Assembly (NCBI GenBank): GCA_963733375.1
Contig: CAVTDB010000022.1
Location: 1-18,922 of the forward strand
Direction: 5' to 3'
Length of the DNA: 18,922 nucleotides
DNA from: Nitrospirota bacterium
Lineage (GTDB): Bacteria > Nitrospirota > JACRHJ01
The notes under the pieces were generated by a model. The model worked only from the letters and a program-made list of their open reading frames with translations. It ran no database searches and was not told the origin of the DNA. The first letter of the stretch is position 1; the number at the start of each line of letters is the position of its first letter. The position numbers and the translations under genes were made by a program. Positions 1-8,632 of the stretch are shown here, piece by piece.

Positions 1-1
1 A

Positions 2-979
2 AAAAGTCTACTCCAGATAGCCCTCGATGTCTCGAAGGAGGAGCGCCTCATCGCGGATTACCGCCAGAAGCTTATTGTCGTCCTCATATTGGGTGTCCTG
101 CTATCAGCGGGCGCGGGCATAGCGATTGCCCGCCGGGGAATGCGCCCTTTGGAAGAAATCATCAAAACGGTCGAGCGCGTTTCGGCTTCGCAGCTTGATG
201 AGCGGGTTGGCCGGGCTGGTTGGCCTCTGGAACTCAGGTCGCTCGCGACGGCCTTCGACGATATGCTGAGGCGGCTTGAAGAGTCGTTCGCCCGGCTCTC
301 TCAGTTCTCCGCCGACCTGGCCCATGAGCTTCGAACCCCCATCAATAATTTAAGGGGCGAGGCGGAGGTCGCCTTATCGAGGGCAAGGGAGCCGGAGGAA
401 TACAGGCATGTCCTGGAATCGAGCCTCGAAGAGTATGGCAGGCTGTCAAGCATGATAGACGGGCTCCTGTTCCTTGCACGCGCGGAAAGCGCCAAGGCGA
501 CAATCACGCCGTCGGTCTTCGACGCGCGCAAGGCGTTGGATGCCGTTGTCCAATTCTATGACGCGCTGGCCGAGGAACAGGGCATAACGGTGACCTGCCG
601 AGGCGATGCTTCGCTCGAAGCCGACCCGCTCCTGTTCAGGCGGGCGATAAGCAACATCCTGAGCAACGCCCTCCGATACGTCCCTTCCGGCGGCAAGGTT
701 GATTTCCTGATAGTGCAGAAGAAAGGCCAGCCCGTGGACGTTATCGCCAGCGATACAGGCCCCGGCATAGCCCCGGAACACTTGCCCTACATTTTTGACC
801 GGTTTTACCGGGCGGACCAGGCCAGGACCCAATCTTCTCAGGGGACCGGGCTTGGGCTTGCCATCGTGAAGTCCATCATGGAGCTTCATGGCGGTACTGT
901 TGAAGTTCAAAGCCGGGTCGGGAAAGGGACCACGGTAACCCTCCGTTTCCCCGCCCGCCTTTTCTCAAAGACTTCATGA
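2..979 (+). CDS. Heavy-metal sensor histidine kinase, CusS/CzcS/CopS family (5'-truncated by window)
   Basis: Frame is open from base 2 (KSLLQIALDVS...), followed by a TM segment, HAMP (P-LE...WPLELRSLA..FD.ML), H-box FSADLAHELRTP, N-box NILSNALRY, G1 DTGPGI, F-box IFDRFYR and G2 GTGLGLAIVKSIM. ADLAHELRTP with LLFLARAE is typical of the CusS clade. Confidence 0.9.
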   Translation, partial: KSLLQIALDVSKEERLIADYRQKLIVVLILGVLLSAGAGIAIARRGMRPLEEIIKTVERVSASQLDERVGRAGWPLELRSLATAFDDMLRRLEESFARLSQFSADLAHELRTPINNLRGEAEVALSRAREPEEYRHVLESSLEEYGRLSSMIDGLLFLARAESAKATITPSVFDARKALDAVVQFYDALAEEQGITVTCRGDASLEADPLLFRRAISNILSNALRYVPSGGKVDFLIVQKKGQPVDVIASDTGPGIAPEHLPYIFDRFYRADQARTQSSQGTGLGLAIVKSIMELHGGTVEVQSRVGKGTTVTLRFPARLFSKTS

Positions 980-1039
980 CAAAATTGTAATCTTGCGGTA
1001 ATGTTCCTGTCATGGGCCATTTGATATGCTATTTATAAT
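975..1039 (+). promoter_or_regulatory. CusR/CopR/CzcR-type binding box plus -10 element upstream of the PepSY gene
   Basis: ATGACAAAATTGTAAT (976-991) matches the cop/cus box TGACA-N4-TGTAAT. A second half-site, GTAATGTTCCTGTCAT, completes a CATGACA...TGTCATG inverted repeat (975-1014). There is a perfect TATAAT at 1034-1039. Confidence 0.7.
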
Positions 1040-1126
1040 GGAGTAGCGGCTTAGAGTGGTTACCACGGTGGGACGCCAACGCGCCCGCCGATTTTCATCA
1101 ACAATGACTCGATAGGAGCATCATTA

Positions 1127-1438
1127 ATGAAAGCATCGAAGAAGCTAATATCAACCTTTCTGGGTTTGGTTCTGACTGTGGCCGCGGCCAATGCGTTCGC
1201 CTATACGGGCCATGAGTTCGCCGGAGAGGCAAAAATCAGTCTGAAACAGGCACGGGCGATTGCCCTCAAGGCTCATCCCGGAAAAGTTACCGATGAGGAA
1301 CTGGAAAAGGAGAAAGGTGGCAGCGGCCTGCGCTATTCCTTCGACATCCTGCACGGCAAGGTCACGCAGGAAGTTGGCGTGGACGCCAGAACTGGCAAAC
1401 TACTGGAAAACGCACCGGAAGGGCCTAATGCGGACTAA
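1127..1438 (+). CDS. Secreted PepSY domain protein
   Basis: Signal peptide ending ANAFA; PepSY motif AKISLKQARAIALKAHPGKV..EELE...Y.F.I......EV.VDARTGKLL; AGGAG RBS upstream. Confidence 0.9.
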   Translation: MKASKKLISTFLGLVLTVAAANAFAYTGHEFAGEAKISLKQARAIALKAHPGKVTDEELEKEKGGSGLRYSFDILHGKVTQEVGVDARTGKLLENAPEGPNAD

Positions 1439-1509
1439 GCGCTAAAGCGGAGAATGGCCCTTAATGCCTTGACGCGCCGGTACAACGATAATGAGAGAAT
1501 GAGAGCCCC

Positions 1510-2268
1510 ATGAACAATACTGCTGAACGTACCTTGAGCAAGGTTCCAGAAGTTACTTTGATCTTCTGGATCATCAAAATCGCTGCTACCACACTGGGTG
1601 AAACCGGTGGTGATACAGTGTCCATGTCGATGAATCTGGGTTACCTTGTTGGAACGGCCATTTTCGCGACAATCTTTCTAGTCGCCGTAGCTGCCCAAAT
1701 TAAGGCAAAGGGCTTTCACCCATTCCTTTACTGGACAACCATCATCGCAACGACAACAGTCGGGACTACATTGGCGGATTATGCTGACCGCTCCCTTGGA
1801 ATCGGCTATGCAGGGGGAGCCTCGCTGCTGTTTGCCCTTTTGATAGCCTCCTTGGCCATATGGTATCGTACGCTTGGCACGGTATCGGTCGATACCATCA
1901 GTTCTCCAAAGGCCGAGATGTTCTACTGGGTGACAATTATGTTTTCTCAAACATTAGGGACTGCGCTTGGTGACTGGACAGCCGGTACGGCCGGACTTGG
2001 TTATGGGGGAGGGGCTTTAGTATTTAGCGCCCTGCTGGCACTTGTTATTGCGGCGTATTACTGGACAAACATATCTCGTACCAAGTTGTTCTGGGCTGCG
2101 TTTATTCTCACGCGTCCACTTGGAGCTGTTGTCGGCGATTTTCTTGATAAACCGCTCAGTGCCGGCGGGCTGGCATTAAGTCGTTATTCTGCTTCGGCCG
2201 CTCTTTTTGCATTCATGCTGACCAGCATTTTAATTTTCAAACAAAGGGCGGCAGAAAGGGCTCATTGA
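1510..2268 (+). CDS. DUF347 / COG4705 repeat membrane protein
   Basis: Signature SKVPEVTLIFWIIKIAATTLGETGGD; internal repeats (YW..I...T.GT..AD; FYW.TI.FSQTLGTALGD; FW.AFILTRPLGA..GD); multiple TM helices. Confidence 0.88.
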   Translation: MNNTAERTLSKVPEVTLIFWIIKIAATTLGETGGDTVSMSMNLGYLVGTAIFATIFLVAVAAQIKAKGFHPFLYWTTIIATTTVGTTLADYADRSLGIGYAGGASLLFALLIASLAIWYRTLGTVSVDTISSPKAEMFYWVTIMFSQTLGTALGDWTAGTAGLGYGGGALVFSALLALVIAAYYWTNISRTKLFWAAFILTRPLGAVVGDFLDKPLSAGGLALSRYSASAALFAFMLTSILIFKQRAAERAH

Positions 2269-2303
2269 TGGTAAAAGTTCTAAGGCCAATTGCCGCCATA
2301 GAA

Positions 2304-2670
2304 AAATTAGGGACACACCCCAATATTTTTTCCTTCTCTTAATAGCTGTTCCTGTTTCTGTGGCCAACCCGTCATTTATTAATGCGTAACCATATATAAA
2401 TGGCTTATTCGGCGAATTTTATTTTGCATCAGAAATAGCCCCTTTGGGCGGCATTTTGGGGCAATTTGAGGGGGTCCGGGAAGGGTTTTGGAGGCATGTT
2501 TTTTAAGGGGCTAAATCAGCTTTTTCCGCTTATTATAGAAAGGGTTACGTCCCATTTATAACGTCATGAAAAATCGGATTCTGGATTCTCTAACTATTTG
2601 AAACTTATGTACTTTTTTCTCGCCATTTCCCGGTTTTCCATGGCACGGCCAGCTTACAATCAAATTTATT
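2304..2670. mobile_element. Putative decayed remnant of a Y1 (IS200/RAYT-like) transposase element
   Basis: Inverted imperfect palindromic motifs GGGACACACCCC (2310-2321) and GGGTTACGTCCC (2542-2553). At 2640, ATGGCACGGCCAGCTTACAATCAAATTT reads MARQLTIKF if one base is removed, resembling the MARPLRIEF N-terminus of Y1 transposases. The region is AT-rich and has no intact ORF. Confidence 0.35.
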
Positions 2671-2679
2671 TATATATTC

Positions 2680-4269
2680 TTACCCGGTTATCCGCACCGG
2701 GAGTTCGCCCATGAAGAAGATGTCGCCCAGGAAGGCACGGTAGGCCGCGTTCTGCATCGGCTCGCCCGGGTCGTATGCGGCGACAAGGAAGGAGACGTCG
2801 GGGAAATTTTTGAGGATATAAGGGCTCCCGAAGGAGACCACGGCGCAGTTCTTGTTTTTGACAGTCAACGCCCGCCCAAGCTCTAATAGCTCCGGCGAAA
2901 GCATCGACGAGCCCTTCCCGGCGGAAACCTTTGAGAAAATTGAGATTATCGTAAGGGCCGCGCCCTTCTGAAGCTTCACGGCCTCCGCCTTCATCACGCC
3001 AAGTTTCGGCTTCGTCACGAACAGGTTCTTAACGTTCTTGTGCCTTGCCAAGGCGCTCCGAAGAGCCCGCCCCGCCTTCTGGTCCCCGTCGTCCTCCAGG
3101 ACGATATGCGCAATAAGTCCCTTTACTTCCCGGAGCTTAGGGAACGCGCCCGCCGCCTTTACCAGAGTCAGCGCGCGCGATGCCATCTCGTCCGCAGTAC
3201 GCGAATTATCATCCAGCCGCTGGGCCACCTGCTTGTCGGATAGCTTTACGGCCTGGCAATAGCGCGTCTTGGCTTTCGTCAGCCGCGCCGCGGACATAAA
3301 CACCTCTTCCTTCGTTACCGCCTTCTCCTTCGCCAGTTCTTCCAGCATTGTCAGGAACTTAAACGGCTCGTCCGGATGAAGTAATATATCAGCCCCGGCC
3401 TTTATCGCCAGCCGCGCCGCCTCTTTCGGCGGATAGTGGTGCGTAAGAGCGCCCATGTTCAGCGAGTCCGTCAGGACCAGGCCCTCGAAACCGGCGCGGT
3501 TCCTAAGATACCGCCGGATTATGGTCTGGGACAGCGACGCGGGATATACAGGGTCTAAGGCCATCGCCTTTAAATGGGCCATCATAATCATCTCCGCGCC
3601 CGCCATCACCGCGCGGCGGAACGGGAACATATCTTCTTCTTCAAGGCTTTCCCTGTCCTTGTCCAGCACGGGCAGGGAAGTATGCGAATCCACCTGGCTG
3701 TCTCCATGCCCGGGGAAATGCTTGCCGCAGGACATTACCGGGACAGGCGAACCTTGCAGCCCCTTGACGTAACGCTCTCCAAGGCCGGCTACCACTTGCG
3801 GCTCGTCGGAGAACGCGCGTGTGCTGATAATTGGATTTAACGGGTTGGAATTCACGTCCAGCACCGGCGTGAGTATCGCCTGCACCCCTGCCGCGCGCGC
3901 CTCGTACGCCATCCCGTCCAGCATCTCGGCAAGGACCGCGAGCCCCTCCCCGGAGACCAGGTCCGTCGCCGCCGCGACAGCCATCTGGCACGGGAACACC
4001 GTCGCGCCCTTGAGCTGCTGGCCCGCGCCCTTTTCCATGTCGGACATGATAAGTAACGGGATTTTCGCCTTCGCCTGGAGTTTCGGCAGGGCCTGCCGGA
4101 CCTCCCAGAAATCCCCGCCGAACAGGATGAAGCCGCCGACTCCGGCGTCGATAAGCTTTATCACGTCCTTCAGGTACTCCTTGTCGCCAAGCCTTTCCCC
4201 ATCCAGCCTGGGGATAACGCGCTGGAACAGCATCTTCTGGACAGTGAGGCCTTTCAGGTCGAAGCTCAT
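2680..4269 (-). CDS. nagZ: Glycoside hydrolase family 3 beta-N-acetylglucosaminidase (NagZ-like, with C-terminal domain)
   Basis: KHFPGHGDSQVDSH (NagZ catalytic Asp-His motif), D.E.G, PVLDVNSNP.NP.I..RAFS, FEGLVLTDSLNM, AGADILL, C-terminal SFGSPY; lies directly downstream of anmK. Confidence 0.88.
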   Translation of the reverse strand: MSFDLKGLTVQKMLFQRVIPRLDGERLGDKEYLKDVIKLIDAGVGGFILFGGDFWEVRQALPKLQAKAKIPLLIMSDMEKGAGQQLKGATVFPCQMAVAAATDLVSGEGLAVLAEMLDGMAYEARAAGVQAILTPVLDVNSNPLNPIISTRAFSDEPQVVAGLGERYVKGLQGSPVPVMSCGKHFPGHGDSQVDSHTSLPVLDKDRESLEEEDMFPFRRAVMAGAEMIMMAHLKAMALDPVYPASLSQTIIRRYLRNRAGFEGLVLTDSLNMGALTHHYPPKEAARLAIKAGADILLHPDEPFKFLTMLEELAKEKAVTKEEVFMSAARLTKAKTRYCQAVKLSDKQVAQRLDDNSRTADEMASRALTLVKAAGAFPKLREVKGLIAHIVLEDDGDQKAGRALRSALARHKNVKNLFVTKPKLGVMKAEAVKLQKGAALTIISIFSKVSAGKGSSMLSPELLELGRALTVKNKNCAVVSFGSPYILKNFPDVSFLVAAYDPGEPMQNAAYRAFLGDIFFMGELPVRITG

Positions 4270-4303
4270 TTATTCTTTACCTCTCGAAGGGTCAGCAGCC
4301 GGA

Positions 4304-5447
4304 TCAACCGGCCTTCACAAGGCTAATCTTCCCAAGGATCGCCTCCCGCCGCGCCCCGGTCGCTGACGGGACATTGGAAGGCTTGCCGGATATGGTCTCG
4401 TTTGCCAGTACCGCGAACGCCAACGACTCCCGCGCCTGCGACGGTATGCCCGCGCTATCCGTAAATTCCACCGGGAGGCTGCCGAACCTCTCCCTGAGGA
4501 GCTTTACAAGGAACTTGTTCTTCGCCCCGCCGCCGGCAAGGAGTACCCGGTCGATGCAATACCTCGGAAATACGAATTTTTTATACGCGCGAAAGACGCT
4601 TTCGGCGGTGAGAGCCGTAAGCGTGCAGATAATATCTTCCTCTTTCTCCCGCCGGTACTTTTTCAGCAACTCTTCAGCTAAAATAGCGCCGAACTGCTCC
4701 CGCCCGGTTGATTTGGGCGGTTTTTTAGCGTAATAGGGCGTGCGCATCAAATTTTGGAGCATTGCAGCAACCACTCTCCCCACTGGATGCTATTTTACCA
4801 TCTTTATCATAAGTAAGCTTACCACCGCTTATAATTTTCACCGTCTCGTCGATTAAAGAGCAACCGGGGCCGGTATCGAAACCTATGACATCTTCCAGGC
4901 GTTCCGGGACGACCGTCACATTGGATATGCCGCCGATGTTCTGGACGGCAAAAGTCTTGCCGGGCTTACGGAAAAGCACCCAATCCGCATACGGGACCAG
5001 CGGCGCCCCCTGCCCCCCCGCGGCGATGTCCGCCGGGCGGAAATCGGAAACGGTAATAATCCCGGTACGTGCGGCGATTACCGCCCCATCGCCGATCTGC
5101 AAAGTCGAGCCCGGGCGGCCTGGGCCTCCCGGGATATGATAGACCGTCTGGCCGTGCGAGCCTATTAAATAAACATCTTCCCGCTTTAGCCCCGCCTCGC
5201 GGATGGCCTTAAGCGCGGCCTTCGCAAAGAACTCGCCCAGCTCAAAATTTAACTTGCATATATCCTCGGCCGTTCCAGTAAAGGCATTTGAAACTTTATC
5301 CCGGAGCACCTTCGGGTACGGGGTGCGAGAAACCTTTAATAATTCAACCCTTGACCTTATACCGGAGCCGGAAATCCTTGCAACGGCGGCGTCCACGCCG
5401 TCGTGCGAGGTGCCGGACATTAAACCTATAACTATTTTATATTTCAA
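4304..5447 (-). CDS. anmK: Anhydro-N-acetylmuramic acid kinase; split by one frameshift near 4780
   Basis: N-terminal ORF 4725..5447 has IGLMSGTSHDGVD, GSHGQT, DFR..DIAAGGQGAPLVP, NIGGISN and FDTGPG. C-terminal ORF 4304..4783 has PPKSTGRE.FG, GGGAKN, E.LAFA.LA and N.PSATGA. The frame break lies in a G run (minus strand agtgggga). Confidence 0.92.
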
Positions 5448-5449
5448 TT

Positions 5450-5551
5450 AAAAGTCGCGTCCTTTCTTGAAAGAAAGGTCGCCCCAAAGAACTTTTGGAC
5501 TGTAACCCCGGTTTTATTTTGCTACTTTTCTTTTTTCCAAAAGAAAAGTAA
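5450..5551. repeat. Double-hairpin AT-rich intergenic element (REP/MITE-like; may also act as a terminator)
   Basis: Hairpins CCTTTCT-tgaa-AGAAAGG (5461-5478) and TACTTTTCTTTT-ttcc-AAAAGAAAAGTA (5523-5550) flank GGACTGTAACCCC. Confidence 0.5.
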
Positions 5552-5555
5552 GGAC

Positions 5556-6237
5556 TTAAAGCTTTGCAGCTTCCTTAAGCTTTTCAAACTCATCCGCGCC
5601 AAACGGCATCATCTTCCGAAACTCAGGGTCCAGCGCTTCCGCTGGGCGGAAGTTCTGCAAGATTAATCTATGTCCTTGAATTTCCTGCCTAATCCGCCTG
5701 ACGGAGTTTTCGTCGTGCAGGACGGGGACCACCGTAGTCCGAAAATATACCTCGGCCTTTGGCGGACAGCAGCAAATTTATGCTTTCTTTTATTGCACTT
5801 ATGTCGATTTCCCTGCCCGCCGCCCGTGAATATTCTTCAGGCGTCAGAGGCGCTTTAATATCCATCGCGAACGCCGAGACGAGGTTATTTTTTAGCGCCT
5901 TTTCAAGGAGTTCCGGTTTAGAGCCGTTGGTGTCCAGCTTGACCGGGACCCCCATGAGGCTGAACTGTTCAAGCAGCTCAAAAAAACCTTTGGAAACAGT
6001 GGGTTCTCCGCCAGTTACGACGACGCCGTCAATGAAGCCGGCGTTTGCCTCTATCTCTTCCATGACCCCATCCAACGAAAAATCCTCGAAATCTTCAGGA
6101 CTTAGGATAAGTCCCGAGTTGTGGCAGAACGGGCAGCGGAAGTTGCAGGACGGCAGGAACACGACCGACGCCACCTTGCGCGGCCAGTCGATAAATGAAG
6201 CCTCGATAAAGCCTTTTATAGAGGTATTGGCTGCCAT
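5556..6237 (-). CDS. nrdG: Anaerobic ribonucleotide reductase activating protein-like radical SAM enzyme; frameshift near 5760
   Basis: S.IDWP....VVF...CNFRCPFCHN (CxxxCxxC), GVVVTGGEPT, VKLDTNGS.P, AMDIKAP. The alternate frame continues EVYFRTTVVP.LH...LQNFRPAEALDP...AAKL to TAA at 5556-5558. Confidence 0.85.
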
Positions 6238-6316
6238 TGAAGCGCATTATACATACTTTTATGCGTTTATCAAATAATTTTGATTAAAAGGGATGCGGAC
6301 AATGGAAAATTACTTC

Positions 6317-6340
6317 GTAGGGGCGACGCCCCGTCGCGCC
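6317..6340 (+). repeat. GTAG-type REP-like palindrome
   Basis: GTAGGGGCGACGCCCCGTCGCGCC: a GTAG tetranucleotide followed by a GC-rich palindrome. Confidence 0.5.
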
Positions 6341-6343
6341 GTC

Positions 6344-6371
6344 TTGACAAATCCCGCGTCTGAGTTAGATT
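6344..6371 (+). promoter_or_regulatory. Putative sigma70 promoter for the hydrolase gene
   Basis: TTGACA (6344-6349), 16-nt spacer, TAGATT (6366-6371). Confidence 0.45.
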
Positions 6372-6416
6372 GAAATGGTGCATAAAATTATGGCCGCTTG
6401 AAGAAAGGACTCTCAA

Positions 6417-7273
6417 ATGAGCTACATTAAATTCGGCAAAGACAACTCCGGAGAGATAGCTATCTACTACAAGGATTGGGGCAAGGGGCAGCCGGTCGTA
6501 TTCTGCCACGGCTGGCCGCTATCCGCGGACGCATGGGAAGACCAGATGCTCTTTCTTAGCCAGCGCGGCTACCGGGTCATAGCCCATGACAGGCGCGGCC
6601 ATGGCCGCTCCAGCCAGGCCTGGAACGGCAACGACATGGACACATTCGCCGACGACCTGGCAAAGCTGATCGAGACGCTCAACCTGAAGGATATAGTACT
6701 CGTCGGCCATTCCACCGGCGGCGGGGAAATCGCCCGGTATATCGGCAGACACGGCACCAAGCGCGTGGCAAAGGCCGTGCTGGTCAGCGCGGTGCCTCCG
6801 CTTATGCTGAAGACGCCGCAAATCCCGGCGGCCTGCCGATAGAGGTGTTCGACAAGATACGCGCCGCCATCCTCGCCGACCGGGCGCAGTTATTCAAGGA
6901 TATAACCGGCCCGTTTTACGGCGCGAACAGGTTAGGCGCGAAGGTATCGCAGGGGCTAAAGGACTGGTTCTGGCTCCAGGGGATGCAGGCGGGTCTCAAT
7001 GCCGTATACGACTGCGTCAAGGCGTTCTCCGAGACGGACTTCACCGGAGACTTAAAGAAGTTCGACGTGCCCACACTGATAATCCACGGCGACGCCGACC
7101 AGATCGTACCGATAGGCGCCTCGGCCTTGCTCGTGTCAAAACTGGTTAAGAATGCGCAGCTGGAGGTCTACAAAGGCGCGCCGCATGGCCTGCCATCGAC
7201 TCATAAGGACCAGTTCAACAAGGACCTGCTGGAGTTCATCGAACAGAAGGCGCAGAAAAAGGCTGCCGCATAA
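6417..7273 (+). CDS. cpo: Non-heme chloroperoxidase / perhydrolase-type alpha/beta hydrolase; frameshift near 6820
   Basis: [35 protein letters not shown], nucleophile [16 protein letters not shown] and GAPHG. One inserted G restores [15 protein letters not shown] and joins ORFs 6417..6842 and 6845..7273. Confidence 0.9.
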
Positions 7274-7305
7274 AGGAAGCGGGAATCCAGCGGCTTTTTT
7301 TCCCT

Positions 7306-7338
7306 CTATAGGGGGTGCAATTCATGCGCCCCCTGTAG
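7306..7338. repeat. 14-bp stem hairpin, REP-like or terminator
   Basis: CTATAGGGGGTGCA-attca-TGCGCCCCCTGTAG, with two G-U pairs as RNA; lies downstream of cpo. Confidence 0.55.
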
Positions 7339-7451
7339 CGGTCTGCTGGTAAGCAAATCGCCAAAAAAATTTACCCGCAAATCCCCTATGCGCACAACGC
7401 CGTGCCCTTAATTTATGTTATATTCTTTTTGAAGGGAGGGGGGCGGTAAAA

Positions 7452-8333
7452 ATGAGCATCCGGACCGAGAGCTTCGACGACGCGAGGGAGGCCATCGCAT
7501 TCCTGGAGGACCTCGCATACGCCAAACGCGACTATATCTTCCGCGGGCACACGGACAGCCGCCACCTGCTGGAGACGTCGCTTTCGCGGTTTAAGATAAT
7601 CCCGTACGACCAGTGGGGGACCCACATCGACGGCCTCATAAACGATTTCCGGGTCGGCCTTGCGAAAATAGGCATCGTGCCGTTCGATTCCAGCGACCGC
7701 CACACCTGGCTTGAGTACGCGCGCCACCACGGAGTGCCCACGCCCTGCCTCGACTTCACGTACTCGCCGTACATCGCGCTTTTTTTCGCGTTCAATAACG
7801 AGTTGGAAGGGATACGCTACTATAAGGAAATCTAGGGCAACGAGGTCGTCGTCTATGCGCTGAACGTGCGCGAGCTTGCGGGCGCCTGGGCGCGCTCTAT
7901 TTCCGATTCGAACGCGGGTACGGAAGAATATAACCGGACCGTGCGGGATTTCCTGTATCCGCTCCGCACGCTGTTCAAGCACTCCTTCCCCACCGGCATA
8001 CTCCAGTTCATCCCCTATCCCAGCAAGCTGAACAAGCGTATGCAGAGGCAGCAGGGCGCCCTGTTGTACGACACGCTGGACTACCGCAAAATGGGATATG
8101 ACGGGTTTGAGGAGTTCATCGGGGGGATAAAAGAAGGTAACGGCGAGGCGGCGCTGATAAAGATGCGCATCTCAAAGCAATGCCTGCCGCGGATACTGGA
8201 ACGCCTGGAACTGATGGGGATCACCGGCGGGATGCTTTACCAGGACGCGGACGGCGTGGCCATGGACGTGATAAACAGCTACTACTATAACCCCAAGACG
8301 GGATACTTAAGGGATATATTCTTTCCGGGATAG
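7452..8333 (+). CDS. FRG domain protein interrupted by an in-frame TAG at 7833-7835
   Basis: YIFRGH, L.TSL.R, ARHHGVPTPCLDFTYSPYIALFFA and NKRMQRQQGALL are FRG-family motifs, and the C-terminal LERLELMGITGGMLY is typical. ORFs 7452..7835 and 7866..8333 share one frame, separated only by TAG. GGAGG RBS upstream. Confidence 0.85.
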
Positions 8334-8349
8334 CCTTGAACACTGGGGC

Positions 8350-8547
8350 TTACTTAAGCACGTACTGTTCGTCCCAGAATCCTTCGTCCTGGAGTTCTTT
8401 TACCGCCAACCCGAAAGCATTAAGCCTGTCAGGGGTATTCCCATATTTACCGCGCAAAAGCCTCCAGGGGGCCGGTTGACCTTTTTGAAGCCTCAATACC
8501 TTGCATTCCCTTTTTATTTCTTTTTTAATTTGCTGGGCGGTAACCAT
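8350..8547 (-). CDS. Small hypothetical protein (65 aa)
   Basis: ATG-to-TAA ORF fills the gap between the FRG and GT2 genes without overlap; AAGGAG lies upstream but far from the ATG; no family recognised. Confidence 0.4.
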   Translation of the reverse strand: MVTAQQIKKEIKRECKVLRLQKGQPAPWRLLRGKYGNTPDRLNAFGLAVKELQDEGFWDEQYVLK

Positions 8548-8632
8548 GTCTTTAGGATTTTTCTCCTTTATTAAAGGGCCACTTTTTCTATTATATAGAT
8601 TTGTTTATGAAACTCAAGCGGTTTAACCCGGT

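Noticed and set aside
2641-2657. TGGCACGG as a sigma54 -24 box
   Set aside because: No TTGC/GC at the -12 position and no gene downstream on that strand.
6270-6509. 79-aa minus-strand ORF
   Set aside because: Overlaps the cpo start, its promoter and the REP-like palindrome; no protein-like features.
4770-6830. Programmed ribosomal frameshifting in anmK, nrdG or cpo
   Set aside because: No canonical slippery heptamer with a stimulatory structure, and these families are not known to be recoded; indel error is simpler.
7413-7982. 189-aa minus-strand ORF
   Set aside because: Antisense to the motif-rich FRG gene.
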